Part shown: piece by piece, positions 10,201-19,200 of the stretch
Numbering within the stretch: position 1 is the stretch's first letter
Layout of the letters: every line of letters begins with the position of its first letter
IMG/VR virus record: IMGVR_UViG_3300045988_016718
Source: a virus
Direction: 5' to 3' (one strand)
Length of the DNA: 64,000 bases
Notes under the pieces: generated by a model
Told to the model about the DNA's origin: nothing
The model's database searches: none
The model's input: only the letters and a program-made list of their open reading frames with translations
Translations under genes and position numbers: made by a program

Positions 10201-12479
10201 ATGAGCAACAAATTGAAAGAGTGTACAGAGGTAATTATAATGGTTATCATGGTGGAACAAGTTATCCTTTCACTATGTGTCAGATGAAGGGTCAATATAA
10301 TCCCAATGTTGCTAATCCTCTTGCAAATCCCGGTGCACTTACTGAATGGAGACAGCCATATACAAATGACCAATATTACTGGAATGGTAGTACTATTAGT
10401 GGTTTAGCATCTGAATATGGTAGAAGCCAATCATGGAATACGTTAGCACAAAGGTGGCAACAAGATGGTACTGTGTATCCTGTACTTAATACAACTGATA
10501 TAGTTCCTATAAGATTTAAATCAACTCCTCATGCAGTCATCCAGTTTAATAACACCACTTATGGTCAACAAGCTGCTATGCCAGTATTAGGATGGAATGG
10601 TGGAGATTATTGGAATAAAGGTGACCTTCCTACAAGAAGTAAGGGATATGATATACAGATAGTAAGCTCATTTGGAGAAGCTACAAACACAAATGTAAGA
10701 GCATTCATAAAGGAAGCATCAAGTACTGAAAACCAACTCTTTGGAAAGATGTATAAATACAATACTACATCTAAAGAATGGGAAGAGGAAGAAATGGTTG
10801 CAGACCCATATACACAATACAGGGCATATTCTGTTGGTACATTATATGTACTTGTTAAGAAACCTAGTATGGCTTATAAGCAGTATCTTGCTCCTATTAC
10901 TGATGATGTTAAATCAACTTCCAGACCATTTGGTCCTAGAGCTATCATGCAACAAAGAGTTGATATTGCTGGTAATGTATTTTCACAGAAAGGTGGAGAA
11001 CTTGGAGAGTATGATGGTGGATACATTATAGTTGATATGTACAGACCTGTAGTTGAAAACAGGTTTGGTGGAACAGGAGATGCAGCATATACTAACAATA
11101 TATGGCATCCTGCTGGTAGCACAGTTAACTTCTATAATGTAGATGGCACTGTCAAACCTAGTGTGAACATTGAATATACAGAGGGGGATACATTCTTCCA
11201 GAGGTATGATTGTTTAAAGACTTATCCTTGGAGTAATGATGAGAAGAATCAAATAGTTGATTTGACTTCATTTATGTGTGAGACAAGGGTTAATATAGAT
11301 GGAAGATATGACAGGAATAGAGGTAATAAGAGTAATCTTACTGCAACACCAGAGAACTTCAATCTATTGAATCCTGTATATAGCCAGAAGAACAACTTCT
11401 TCACATATAACTATACATCAAGGGACATATCCTCTATTGACAGATTCCCTAATACAGTAACTTGGACAAGTGAGAAAACTAATGGTTCTGTAGTTGATAC
11501 TTGGACTAATATCACATTAGCTTCAACACTTGACTTAGATGGTGATAAGGGTGAAGTAATATCACTTAATACCTTGAACAATGAAATCTTCTGTTTCCAA
11601 GAACAGGGATTGAGTAATATTATCTTTAATCCTAGGGTACAGATTCCTGTTAGTGATGGTGTACCTGTTGAGATTGGTAATAACTACAAGGTACAGGGTA
11701 AGAGATATGTAAGTAACCTTATAGGTTGTAGCAACAAATGGTCTATATGCCAGACTCCAGCAGGTATATACTTCATAGATAATCTGACTAATGGCTTATA
11801 TACATTTGATGGTCAATCTATAAGTTCATTGAGTGACAAACTTGGTTTCAGACAGTTCATAGGTGCTAACAACACTCTTGATAGATGGAATCCTGTTGAC
11901 TTCAAGAACTTCAGAACATTCTATGACAAGACTAATGATGATGTATACTTTATCAATGATAAGTATTGTCTGGCTTATTCAGAGCTTATAGGTCAATTTA
12001 CCTCATTCATGAGCTATGAAAAGACTCCTGTAATGTTAAACTATAGGGATAAATTCTATGCAGTCAATAAGAATAAGGTATGGGAAATCAATGGTGGTGA
12101 CTATAATATGTTCTATGGTGAGTTTAAACCATTCTATGTGACTATAGTAGCTAATCAGGATGAACCTGTTGACAAGATATTCAATACTGTCGAATACAGG
12201 GCTGATGTTAAAAGAGATGGTGAACTTATGCCTAATGAAACATTCACTCAATTGGATGTATGGAATGAGTATCAGCATGGTACTTTAGAACTGGTTAACA
12301 GGGTTGGTTATCCTTCTCCACTTAAGAGAAAGTTCAGGATATGGAGAGCTAACATACCAAGAGATAATGGTAATAGAAATAGGATAAGAAATACATGGGC
12401 TTATATTAAATTGCAGATGAATAAAGAGAGCACTGATAGCATGGAGCTTCATGACATTGGTGTGAGTTTCTTTGAGTAG
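7236..12479 (+). CDS. Large tail hub / muzzle-type structural protein (putative)
   Basis: Uninterrupted 1747-aa ORF. Its position matches the crAss-like gene order: after small ring/adaptor-like ORFs and before the cargo proteins and the virion RNAP. No catalytic motif was recognised, so the call rests on size and synteny only. Confidence 0.45.
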   Translation: MAMKQEQHVIKGMQRDLTVSKFSPEYAYENMNIRITAREHSTLLSVTNEKGTKEISVPSFRQPNKIIVEPTGKIVMQYPLASSIRGGILTETSDGVQYKYEIVLESGQSESTAYEGHLPITQSVKGFYFIDDLVYDDTYQYWSDLHPLGFIPGGDIKGVPLGSCTIGKYIVIFTKDEAEGIDYIYRLEGINDYFEVTILYQGNLNFSTAYPIQTLGTYENENIQKVYWVDGLNQSRVINIVAEVGTYNGNDKFDFIRGFDTGATTTVEKVPSGTGIFPSGVVQYALTYYNSYAQESTVFYISPLFYTSPTGRGGRPDEVVNNEFRIMVNNPDTNFDGINIYSIIRTSLDGTPSVKRVASVELKARYSIYNKLEISQTYAYTTQIVDPSVVEVFKSGSKALLTDYPYDEVDGKLKWRINVEGNSGIIINKQYDPEHEIYFLDFDKAAGGVANITYDPFTHQIKLERKSIDYGYIFVYVASISNRTYVDYSDNNTTGETLDPTELLYKGGEEVVPYTITQKDNTLFLGNLTIKRSAIPQDIRLGVGDLPLTTEGKDVTVLAPEDTDVYPYKSNLSFDNGVITSFKQGETYRPGLVFLHRTGKWSEAIPIRDFEVDRYITAESYNKIVSSIGSTLINRLIDLGYVAVKPVMVYPSYTDRTVVCQGIINPTLFKANDRPDNSPYSISSWFFRPLFAGFFDDGGLDWARSPRDGGVVLEFRHKRPLPSSFNFNGEIQSQDCISDVSTEAGTQTCPDESEGNFKVDGSICTFHSPDIEFDETVKSLVKSCQIRYVGYAKCKANYSDYSIIGPNSFLKTTRSSGSNYRIINHDYSTMYTKYGGTNYWNGSANERHSSVKKICALPVYVDGVLTRRDPNKNDDWDVLGNDGGDGNWINCAWIVYPWHREASLNNDMDKTGTEGQSLVRTGQYTKKILSNLQYTDTYYIDKEGYYHRSTPPTLYLEGDSQFTGIAEVAVFDSNEDTIIKLPIIKNALDEQQIERVYRGNYNGYHGGTSYPFTMCQMKGQYNPNVANPLANPGALTEWRQPYTNDQYYWNGSTISGLASEYGRSQSWNTLAQRWQQDGTVYPVLNTTDIVPIRFKSTPHAVIQFNNTTYGQQAAMPVLGWNGGDYWNKGDLPTRSKGYDIQIVSSFGEATNTNVRAFIKEASSTENQLFGKMYKYNTTSKEWEEEEMVADPYTQYRAYSVGTLYVLVKKPSMAYKQYLAPITDDVKSTSRPFGPRAIMQQRVDIAGNVFSQKGGELGEYDGGYIIVDMYRPVVENRFGGTGDAAYTNNIWHPAGSTVNFYNVDGTVKPSVNIEYTEGDTFFQRYDCLKTYPWSNDEKNQIVDLTSFMCETRVNIDGRYDRNRGNKSNLTATPENFNLLNPVYSQKNNFFTYNYTSRDISSIDRFPNTVTWTSEKTNGSVVDTWTNITLASTLDLDGDKGEVISLNTLNNEIFCFQEQGLSNIIFNPRVQIPVSDGVPVEIGNNYKVQGKRYVSNLIGCSNKWSICQTPAGIYFIDNLTNGLYTFDGQSISSLSDKLGFRQFIGANNTLDRWNPVDFKNFRTFYDKTNDDVYFINDKYCLAYSELIGQFTSFMSYEKTPVMLNYRDKFYAVNKNKVWEINGGDYNMFYGEFKPFYVTIVANQDEPVDKIFNTVEYRADVKRDGELMPNETFTQLDVWNEYQHGTLELVNRVGYPSPLKRKFRIWRANIPRDNGNRNRIRNTWAYIKLQMNKESTDSMELHDIGVSFFE

Positions 12480-12484
12480 AAATT

Positions 12485-12527
12485 AAGGGTGGCTAAGTCA
12501 AATACTTGGCTGCCCTTATTATTTTTA
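12485..12527 (+). terminator. Rho-independent terminator
   Basis: AAGGGTGGCTAAGT / ACTTGGCTGCCCTT forms a 14-bp stem (three G-U pairs) with a 5-nt loop. It is followed by ATTATTTTTAT and lies 5 nt after the stop of the 1747-aa ORF. Confidence 0.6.
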
Positions 12528-12535
12528 TAAGGTTT

Positions 12536-12567
12536 ATTGCATATTACAAAGTCTTTATGTATCTTTG
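12536..12567 (+). promoter_or_regulatory. Bacteroidota-type promoter (-33 aTTG / -7 TATCTTTG)
   Basis: ATTGCATATTACAAAGT..TATCTTTGCACA with a 20-nt spacer, 18 nt upstream of the ATG at 12585. It shares TTGCATATTA, CAAAGT and TTTGCACA with the promoter at 33400-33434 on the minus strand. Confidence 0.55.
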
Positions 12568-12584
12568 CACAAAATGAATTAATT

Positions 12585-14678
12585 ATGGCTAACAAGATAA
12601 AGAAGAAAAGGTTTCCTGTTAAACCTAAGGAACAAGGAGTACTTCCTTGGTTGGTTGACCATCAAGGCAATATTTATGCTGGTGGTGGTATATTGGGAGC
12701 ATTGACAGGAGCTAATAAGGCTATGGATGCTTCAAAATTAGGTGGACTAATGGGTGGTGCCAGTGGTATTAGTGGTATTGCAGGTGGCATAGTAAGTGCT
12801 GCATCAAATGCAATATCAGGTGGTATGTCTACTGGTGTAGGTGGAGCTATGCAAACTATTGGTGGTATTGCATCTAATATCCCCGGTGTAGGTGGTCTTA
12901 TTGGAGCAGGTGTTAATGTACTGGGTGGTCTGGTTAATAGAGCATTTGGTAGTCAAATTAATGAGGAATTTGTTAATGAGACTAAGGCACAAACAGCAGA
13001 AGCAGCTAATACACAATTTGACAATAGTTCTATTGAGTCTGTAATACAACAGCAAATGGAGCATCAGGACTTAGGTAATGTACAAAAGTCACAGGTTGGT
13101 AAAGATGGATGGTTTAGTAGTAAGGCTAAAGACCTGACAGCAAAACTAAATAAGCAAAGACAAGCTGTTAATTTAGTTAATGATGAGAAGATTAATTTGG
13201 CACTTGAAGGAGCAGATGAAATGCAAGACTTGGATTTATTAGCAAACTTTGCTGCCTATGGTGGACAACTATTCAAAGATGGTGGCGGTATCCACATAAA
13301 GAAAGCAAATAGAGGAAAGTTCACAGAATATTGTGGTGGTAAAGTAACTTCTGAATGTATAGCAAGAGGCAAAAGAAGTAGTAGTCCTGCTGTAAGAAAG
13401 AGAGCTACATTTGCACAGAATGCAAGAGGCTGGCATCACAGTTTTGGTGGCTGGTTAAACACACAAGGTGGGGACTTTAGTAATGGTATTACCATGATTG
13501 GCAATGGTGGTACACATGAACAGAATCCATTTGAAGGCGTACAAATGGGACTAGACCCACAAGGAGTACCTAACTTAGTTGAAGAAGGTGAAGTAGTATT
13601 CAATGACTATGTATTCAGCAATAGACTTAAGGTACCTAAGAAAGACAGAAAGAGACTAAGATTAAAGGAAGGTACTTTTGCAGATGCAGCAGAAAAGCTA
13701 CAAAAGGAAAGTGCTGAAAGACCTAATGACCCAATAAGTAGAAGAGGACTTGAAGCAAGTATGAACAGACTAGCAGGAATACAAGAGGGAGTAAGGGAAA
13801 GAAAGAGTGGAAATAAGTTTGCAGATGGTGGTAAGAAGAAAAATTACAGGGATGTTGAAGTTCCTATGGCTGGTATAAATACTGACTATAGTGGTCAATT
13901 GCCAACAAGACTTACTGCACCTAAAGGAGTAATACCTATTGAGGAACAAGTACCTGATAGTGAATTAGCTCCTACTTGGATGAGATATGCACCAGCAGTT
14001 GGTTCTGCATTAGGAGTATTCAGTGATGCAATTGGTCTTACTAATACACCTGATTATGCACCAGCAGAGATGATAGGTGGAGTAATAACTCCAGTTAAAC
14101 CGGTAGGTGCAAGACAGATTAACAACAGACTTACTTATAAGCCACTTGATACAAACTATGAACTCAATAAGCTTGATGCTAATCAGGCTGCACAAAGGAG
14201 AGCATTAATCAATACTTCTGGTGGTAATAGGGCTACTGCTGCTGCTAACTTGATTGCAGCTAATGCTAATTATGGCAATCAGATGGGTGATTTACATAGA
14301 CAGGCTGAACTGTATAATCAACAACAAAGACAGCAAGTTGAAGGATTCAACAGAGGTACTAACCAGTTCAATGCAGAGGCACAAATGAGAGCTGATTTAG
14401 CTAATGCACAACAAGCTCAACAGATGAATGAACTAAGGTTGAAGCAGAAGTCAGCACAGGCTCAAATGTATGATACAGCTAATATGAGAAGCTCAATGGG
14501 CAGGGCAGCCAACCTTACTAATCTATTTGAGAATATAGGTGGTATTGGACAAGAGAACTTCTCAAGGAATATGATAACAAGTAACCCAGCTCTTCTATAT
14601 GATTTAGATAGTTCAGGTAGAGTACAATATAAGAAGAACAAAAAGAAAAAAGGGGGAAGATTGACTTATGGCAGGTAA
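12585..14678 (+). CDS. Virion internal (cargo/ejection) protein with Gly-rich hydrophobic N-terminal region (putative)
   Basis: The track ORF starts at a TTG (12537) inside the promoter, so I use the ATG at 12585 ('MANKIKKKRF'). About 90 aa of G/A/S/I/L-rich repeats follow ('GGGILGALTGA..GGASGISGIAGGIVSAA..GVGGLIGAGVNVLGGLV'), and the C-terminus is Q/N-rich. Placing it in the virion is an inference from its position. Confidence 0.5.
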   Translation: MANKIKKKRFPVKPKEQGVLPWLVDHQGNIYAGGGILGALTGANKAMDASKLGGLMGGASGISGIAGGIVSAASNAISGGMSTGVGGAMQTIGGIASNIPGVGGLIGAGVNVLGGLVNRAFGSQINEEFVNETKAQTAEAANTQFDNSSIESVIQQQMEHQDLGNVQKSQVGKDGWFSSKAKDLTAKLNKQRQAVNLVNDEKINLALEGADEMQDLDLLANFAAYGGQLFKDGGGIHIKKANRGKFTEYCGGKVTSECIARGKRSSSPAVRKRATFAQNARGWHHSFGGWLNTQGGDFSNGITMIGNGGTHEQNPFEGVQMGLDPQGVPNLVEEGEVVFNDYVFSNRLKVPKKDRKRLRLKEGTFADAAEKLQKESAERPNDPISRRGLEASMNRLAGIQEGVRERKSGNKFADGGKKKNYRDVEVPMAGINTDYSGQLPTRLTAPKGVIPIEEQVPDSELAPTWMRYAPAVGSALGVFSDAIGLTNTPDYAPAEMIGGVITPVKPVGARQINNRLTYKPLDTNYELNKLDANQAAQRRALINTSGGNRATAAANLIAANANYGNQMGDLHRQAELYNQQQRQQVEGFNRGTNQFNAEAQMRADLANAQQAQQMNELRLKQKSAQAQMYDTANMRSSMGRAANLTNLFENIGGIGQENFSRNMITSNPALLYDLDSSGRVQYKKNKKKKGGRLTYGR

Positions 14679-16275
14679 TATGATAGTAATAGGAAGCAAG
14701 TTCAAGCCATTCAGCTATGATGAAATGATTAAACCCATACAGGTAGCTGATGCTGAACATAAAGCTCTTGAAGGTGAAATGGGGGAACTCTCAACCAGAG
14801 CAGGAGTATTTGAGAAACTTGCTAATGAACAGACAGACCCCGAAGCTTATGCTATGTACAAACAGTATTCAACTGACTTAGCTTCACAGGCTGAATCACT
14901 TGCAAAGAGTGGTCTTACACCTGATAGTAGAACTGCACTCTCAAAGATGAGACAAAGGTATAGTCAGGAGATTACTCCTATTGAACAGGCATATAAGAGA
15001 AGAGATGAATTAACTAAGGAACAAAGGGAAGCAATGTTGAAAGACCCTACTCTGATGATGAGTCAGGCAGCTTCAACACTTTCTTTGGATGATTTGATTA
15101 AGAATCCTAACCTAAGTTATCAGGCTTACAGTGGTAATATGCTTACTCAACAAGCTGCTCAAGCTGCAAGAGAATTAGCTAAGTATCAACAGGAGAAACC
15201 AAGAGAATGGAGAAAAATTCTTGGTGGTCAATACTTTGAAAGCATGATGAATAGGGGGTATACTCCTGAACAAGTTATCATGGCTGCAATGGATGACCCT
15301 AATGCACCTAAGGAACTGAAGAAGATAGCAGATGATGTATATGCTTCATCAGGTATTGATACATGGGGTGATGACATAACTAAGCAAAGAGCTAAAGAGT
15401 TTATAGGTAGAGGATTATACAGTGCTATTGGTGATACACAATATCAACAGGTGCAGAATCAAGAATACCTTGACCCACTGCAAAGGGCTAAACTAGCTGC
15501 TGCTCAAGGTGATAATAGTAATCCTAGATTAGGTTACAGACCAGTACCAAGAACTACAGTAAAGGATGCTGAAACTACTCAATTACAAGATGAAATCAAC
15601 TTCCTTCAACAGGTAAAAGAGAACCCTGATATATTGAAAGAAGAGGCTGAAAGAGAAGTAAGAAATGAAGCAAGAGCTTATGGTGCTACTTGGGGTTCTT
15701 ATGGTACTAAAGAGAAGTATCAACCTAATAGAGAGAAGTTAAAGAGAATCACTGATAAGTATGGTACAACTGACCCTGACTTTATTATACAAAAGGCAAA
15801 AGCTGAAATCAAAGGAGCAGCCATAAGAGACTTTACTTATTCAACTAATTTAGCTGATAATAGCTTGTTAAATGATGTGGTAACACAGAACTTAGCTACT
15901 ATGGCTATTAAGGATAAGATACCAGCTTATGAGTTCAAAGATGGCAAGAAAGGCAAACAGCTTGAATCTGATGAACTGGCTGAAATTAAGCCTAACTCTG
16001 GTCACTTAGACTTTGACCCTCAAAGTGGTAACTTAGTCTATGTATATAGAGACAAGAAGGACAAACTTAAAAAGGCTGTACTTGACCCAGAAGTAGTAGA
16101 TGATAAGAACAGAACCTTAAGGAACACTCAACAGTTAATAGAAGAAGCTAAAGAGAAGAAAGATTATGCAAGCATGAGCTTATTGATTGACTTCTATATG
16201 AGTGAACTTGATGGTAAGTTCAATACCCTTGCTAAGACTCAAGGCAAGACAGACAGTAAATTGTTTATGGAATAA
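14668..16275 (+). CDS. Virion-associated protein, helical/charged, function unassigned
   Basis: 535-aa ORF whose ATG overlaps the previous gene by 11 nt. It is rich in K/E/Q/A, and no motif was recognised. Confidence 0.45.
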   Translation: MAGNMIVIGSKFKPFSYDEMIKPIQVADAEHKALEGEMGELSTRAGVFEKLANEQTDPEAYAMYKQYSTDLASQAESLAKSGLTPDSRTALSKMRQRYSQEITPIEQAYKRRDELTKEQREAMLKDPTLMMSQAASTLSLDDLIKNPNLSYQAYSGNMLTQQAAQAARELAKYQQEKPREWRKILGGQYFESMMNRGYTPEQVIMAAMDDPNAPKELKKIADDVYASSGIDTWGDDITKQRAKEFIGRGLYSAIGDTQYQQVQNQEYLDPLQRAKLAAAQGDNSNPRLGYRPVPRTTVKDAETTQLQDEINFLQQVKENPDILKEEAEREVRNEARAYGATWGSYGTKEKYQPNREKLKRITDKYGTTDPDFIIQKAKAEIKGAAIRDFTYSTNLADNSLLNDVVTQNLATMAIKDKIPAYEFKDGKKGKQLESDELAEIKPNSGHLDFDPQSGNLVYVYRDKKDKLKKAVLDPEVVDDKNRTLRNTQQLIEEAKEKKDYASMSLLIDFYMSELDGKFNTLAKTQGKTDSKLFME

Positions 16276-16276
16276 T

Positions 16277-19200
16277 ATGGCACAGGATAATTTTAACTAT
16301 GGTACTCCATTAAAGGGAGTAAATAGAAGACAAGGTATACTTGATGAGTTAAAAAGGAATGGATATGATGTATCATTTGCAGACCCTACACCCGGCTATG
16401 CTGCAAGACAGCAGGAGATGAATATAAGCACTCCTGCTGTGCAGGAGATTGGTGTAGCAGGTCTTAATGATAGCATGTATGATAAGGACATTACTTCTGC
16501 AACTCAACTTGATGACCTTAATAACACAAGAGGAGAACTTCAACCTTGGTATGCACAATTAGGTGCAGGTCTTGGTAAAGGTGTAGTACTTGCTGGTACT
16601 ACATTTCTTGATGGTACTCTTGGTGTAGTAGTAGGTGCAGCTAATGCTATAGACAAAGGTGAATGGTCAGGGTTCTGGGATAATGACTTTGCTAAAGGAA
16701 TGAAGCAAGTAAATGATTGGTCAGAGCAAATGATGCCTAACTATAGAACCAATGAAGAAATTCAGAATGACCAAAATGGTGAATGGTACAAGAATATATG
16801 GACAGCTAACTGGTGGGGTGACAAGTTCATCAAGAACTTAGGTTTTACTGCTGGTGCTATGGCTACTGGTAATCTTGTATCAGGTGCACTTAAAGGTGCT
16901 CCTGCTATGGTTAGGTCTATAGTTGGTTCTGCTGTATCTGCAATCAATGAAGGTAAGATAGAAGCATATAACAATGCTAATGAATGGTATGACTTTGAGA
17001 AAGCAAAGGTAGATGATGCTTATCAACAAAGACTTCAAGCTATAGACCAGAACTATAAGGGTACTGAAATGTATAATGCACTTATGCAAGATGCAAAACA
17101 GACTTATGACCAGTCCCTTGCCAAGTTAAATGAGGATAAAGCCAAAGTGGGTAATGTAGACTTGGCTCTTAATATACCTATTCTTACAGCATCAAACTGG
17201 TTTATGTGGGGTAAATTGTATTCTAAGGGTGCTAATACAGCAATCAGAGATACAAAGATAGCCATGAAGAATGGTAAATATGCTTCAACTAGAATGCCTG
17301 TCAAGGCTGCTGCTGGTTTCTTATCAGAAGGTGCTGAAGAAATGGAACAGAAGATTGCTGCTACTATCCCCGGACTTAAGTATGGTTCAGAGGTAGAGAA
17401 CTTCTATATGTCCAAGTGGGACCCAGAAGCTGCACAGCAATCACTTAATTGGTTACAGGCATCAGCTAAGGGTATTAGTGATACAGTAGGTGACCCAGCT
17501 TCATGGGAAGAATTTACTATTGGTGCTATGACTGGTGCTATGGGTATGCCTATGTTCAGAAGTGCTAAATCAAGTGAAGGTAAATGGAGAAGTCCTGTAA
17601 CTATTGAAGGTGGTATAGTTGGTGAATTTAGAGATTATCAAGAGGGTAAAGCCAGAGATAATGAGATGATTAACTACTTGAATAGTAGAATTGAAGACCC
17701 TAATTTTCAGAACTATTATCAAGGATTAGTAAGACACAACTATTATCAGAATCAAATGGATGCTGCTGCTGCTGAAGGAGATGTTGCAGGATTCAAGGAT
17801 GCAGAATCATCACAGTTTATATCTGATATTGTCATGTTTGACAATGCAGGTAAACTGAATGACCTTACTGAAATGATTAATCAGGCATATGATACTTCTG
17901 ATGAGAACCTCGATAATATCATTAAGAATACTACTGATGAGAATGGTAATGGTCCTTTCTCTACCAATGGTAATGCTATGGACAGAGAGGATATGATTCA
18001 AAGTCTTACAGAAGATAGAGATGATATTCTAAGGAAAATCAAGGATTACAGAACTACTAAGGACAAAATCATAAGAGTAGGAAGTCCTGACCTTACAAGT
18101 GAACAAGTGTCAGAACTTACTTGGCTTAACATGAAGCATGGTGACTATGTTGAGAGATTCAATGAGGTTGCTGATGATATAAGAGAGGCATTGAAGATGA
18201 ACTTTGCAACTCTTGAAAAGGAAGGTAAAACTATGGATAGAACCATACTTGACCTTAATAACCAAGAGCTGCTTGCAGTACTTGCAGACCCTAAGAATGA
18301 AAGCTTTGTAGCAATGCAAAGTGCTGTCAGAAAGATTCTGAATGACAGTTACAATATTGACAAGGTTGATATTGAACAATCTGTTAAAGACCTTAAGAAG
18401 TTAGCAGAGAAAGCTGTAGAGTTCAGTAACAGGTTTACTGACTTGCTGACACATCCTGAAAAGATGCAGGAAGCAACATCAGCAGCTGATGAACAAGTAG
18501 CTAATAGGGCACAAGAAGAGCAACTTGCACAAGTAAGAGGACAACTTACTAATGCTCAATCATTCAGTGATATAGCAGATATAGTAGGTGAAAACAATGT
18601 AGGTGATGAACTGTTAAGCGAGAATACTAATCCACTGGCTAAGGACTTCAAGAAAGCAATGTCATTTGGTGCTGAAATGGGTAAGCTTATCAATGAATCT
18701 GAACTATCAGATGCAGATAAAGAAGCTCTTAATGCATTACTTGACAAGAGATTCAAGGAAGAAAAATCACTTGCTGATTTAACTAGTCCTGAACTTATTA
18801 CAGAACCAGAAGGTGAACTAAGTGAAGCAGCTGCTAATCTATTTCAGAATATGATAGCAGAAGCTGCAACTAATGCACAGGAAAAGGATGCTATTCCTGA
18901 TGCAACTCCTACACCCAGTGGTAGAGAAGTTGGTAAGGAAACTACAGGAAGTGATGCTACTACAACAATACCTACTGAAACCAAGAATCCCTATAATGAC
19001 CTTATAGGTGAAGTAAGTCAGACTATTGACAAAGAGTATCTTGATGATTTAAGTCTGGCTCCAAGAATTAGAACACTTGAAACTTTAGTAGCTAAGGCTG
19101 CTTCAACCAAAAGTGAGGAAGATATAAGAAAGGCATCATCAGAATTAAACAATCTTATAGATGATATAGGTGGTTTACCTGAAATGTCAAGTGAGGATAC

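Noticed and set aside
7236-12479. Naming the 1747-aa protein as a specific P22 gp10 / T7 gp12 homologue.
   Set aside because: I could not align any diagnostic motif by eye. Only its size and gene order support a tail hub/muzzle role.
12537-12584. N-terminal extensions given by the track at 12537, 16202, 26322, 34160, 37116, 37558, 37907, 51528 and 56896.
   Set aside because: I checked the nucleotides, and these starts are TTG, GTG or CTG codons. They run into the upstream gene or the promoter. An ATG a few codons downstream restores the stop/ATG spacing used throughout the window.
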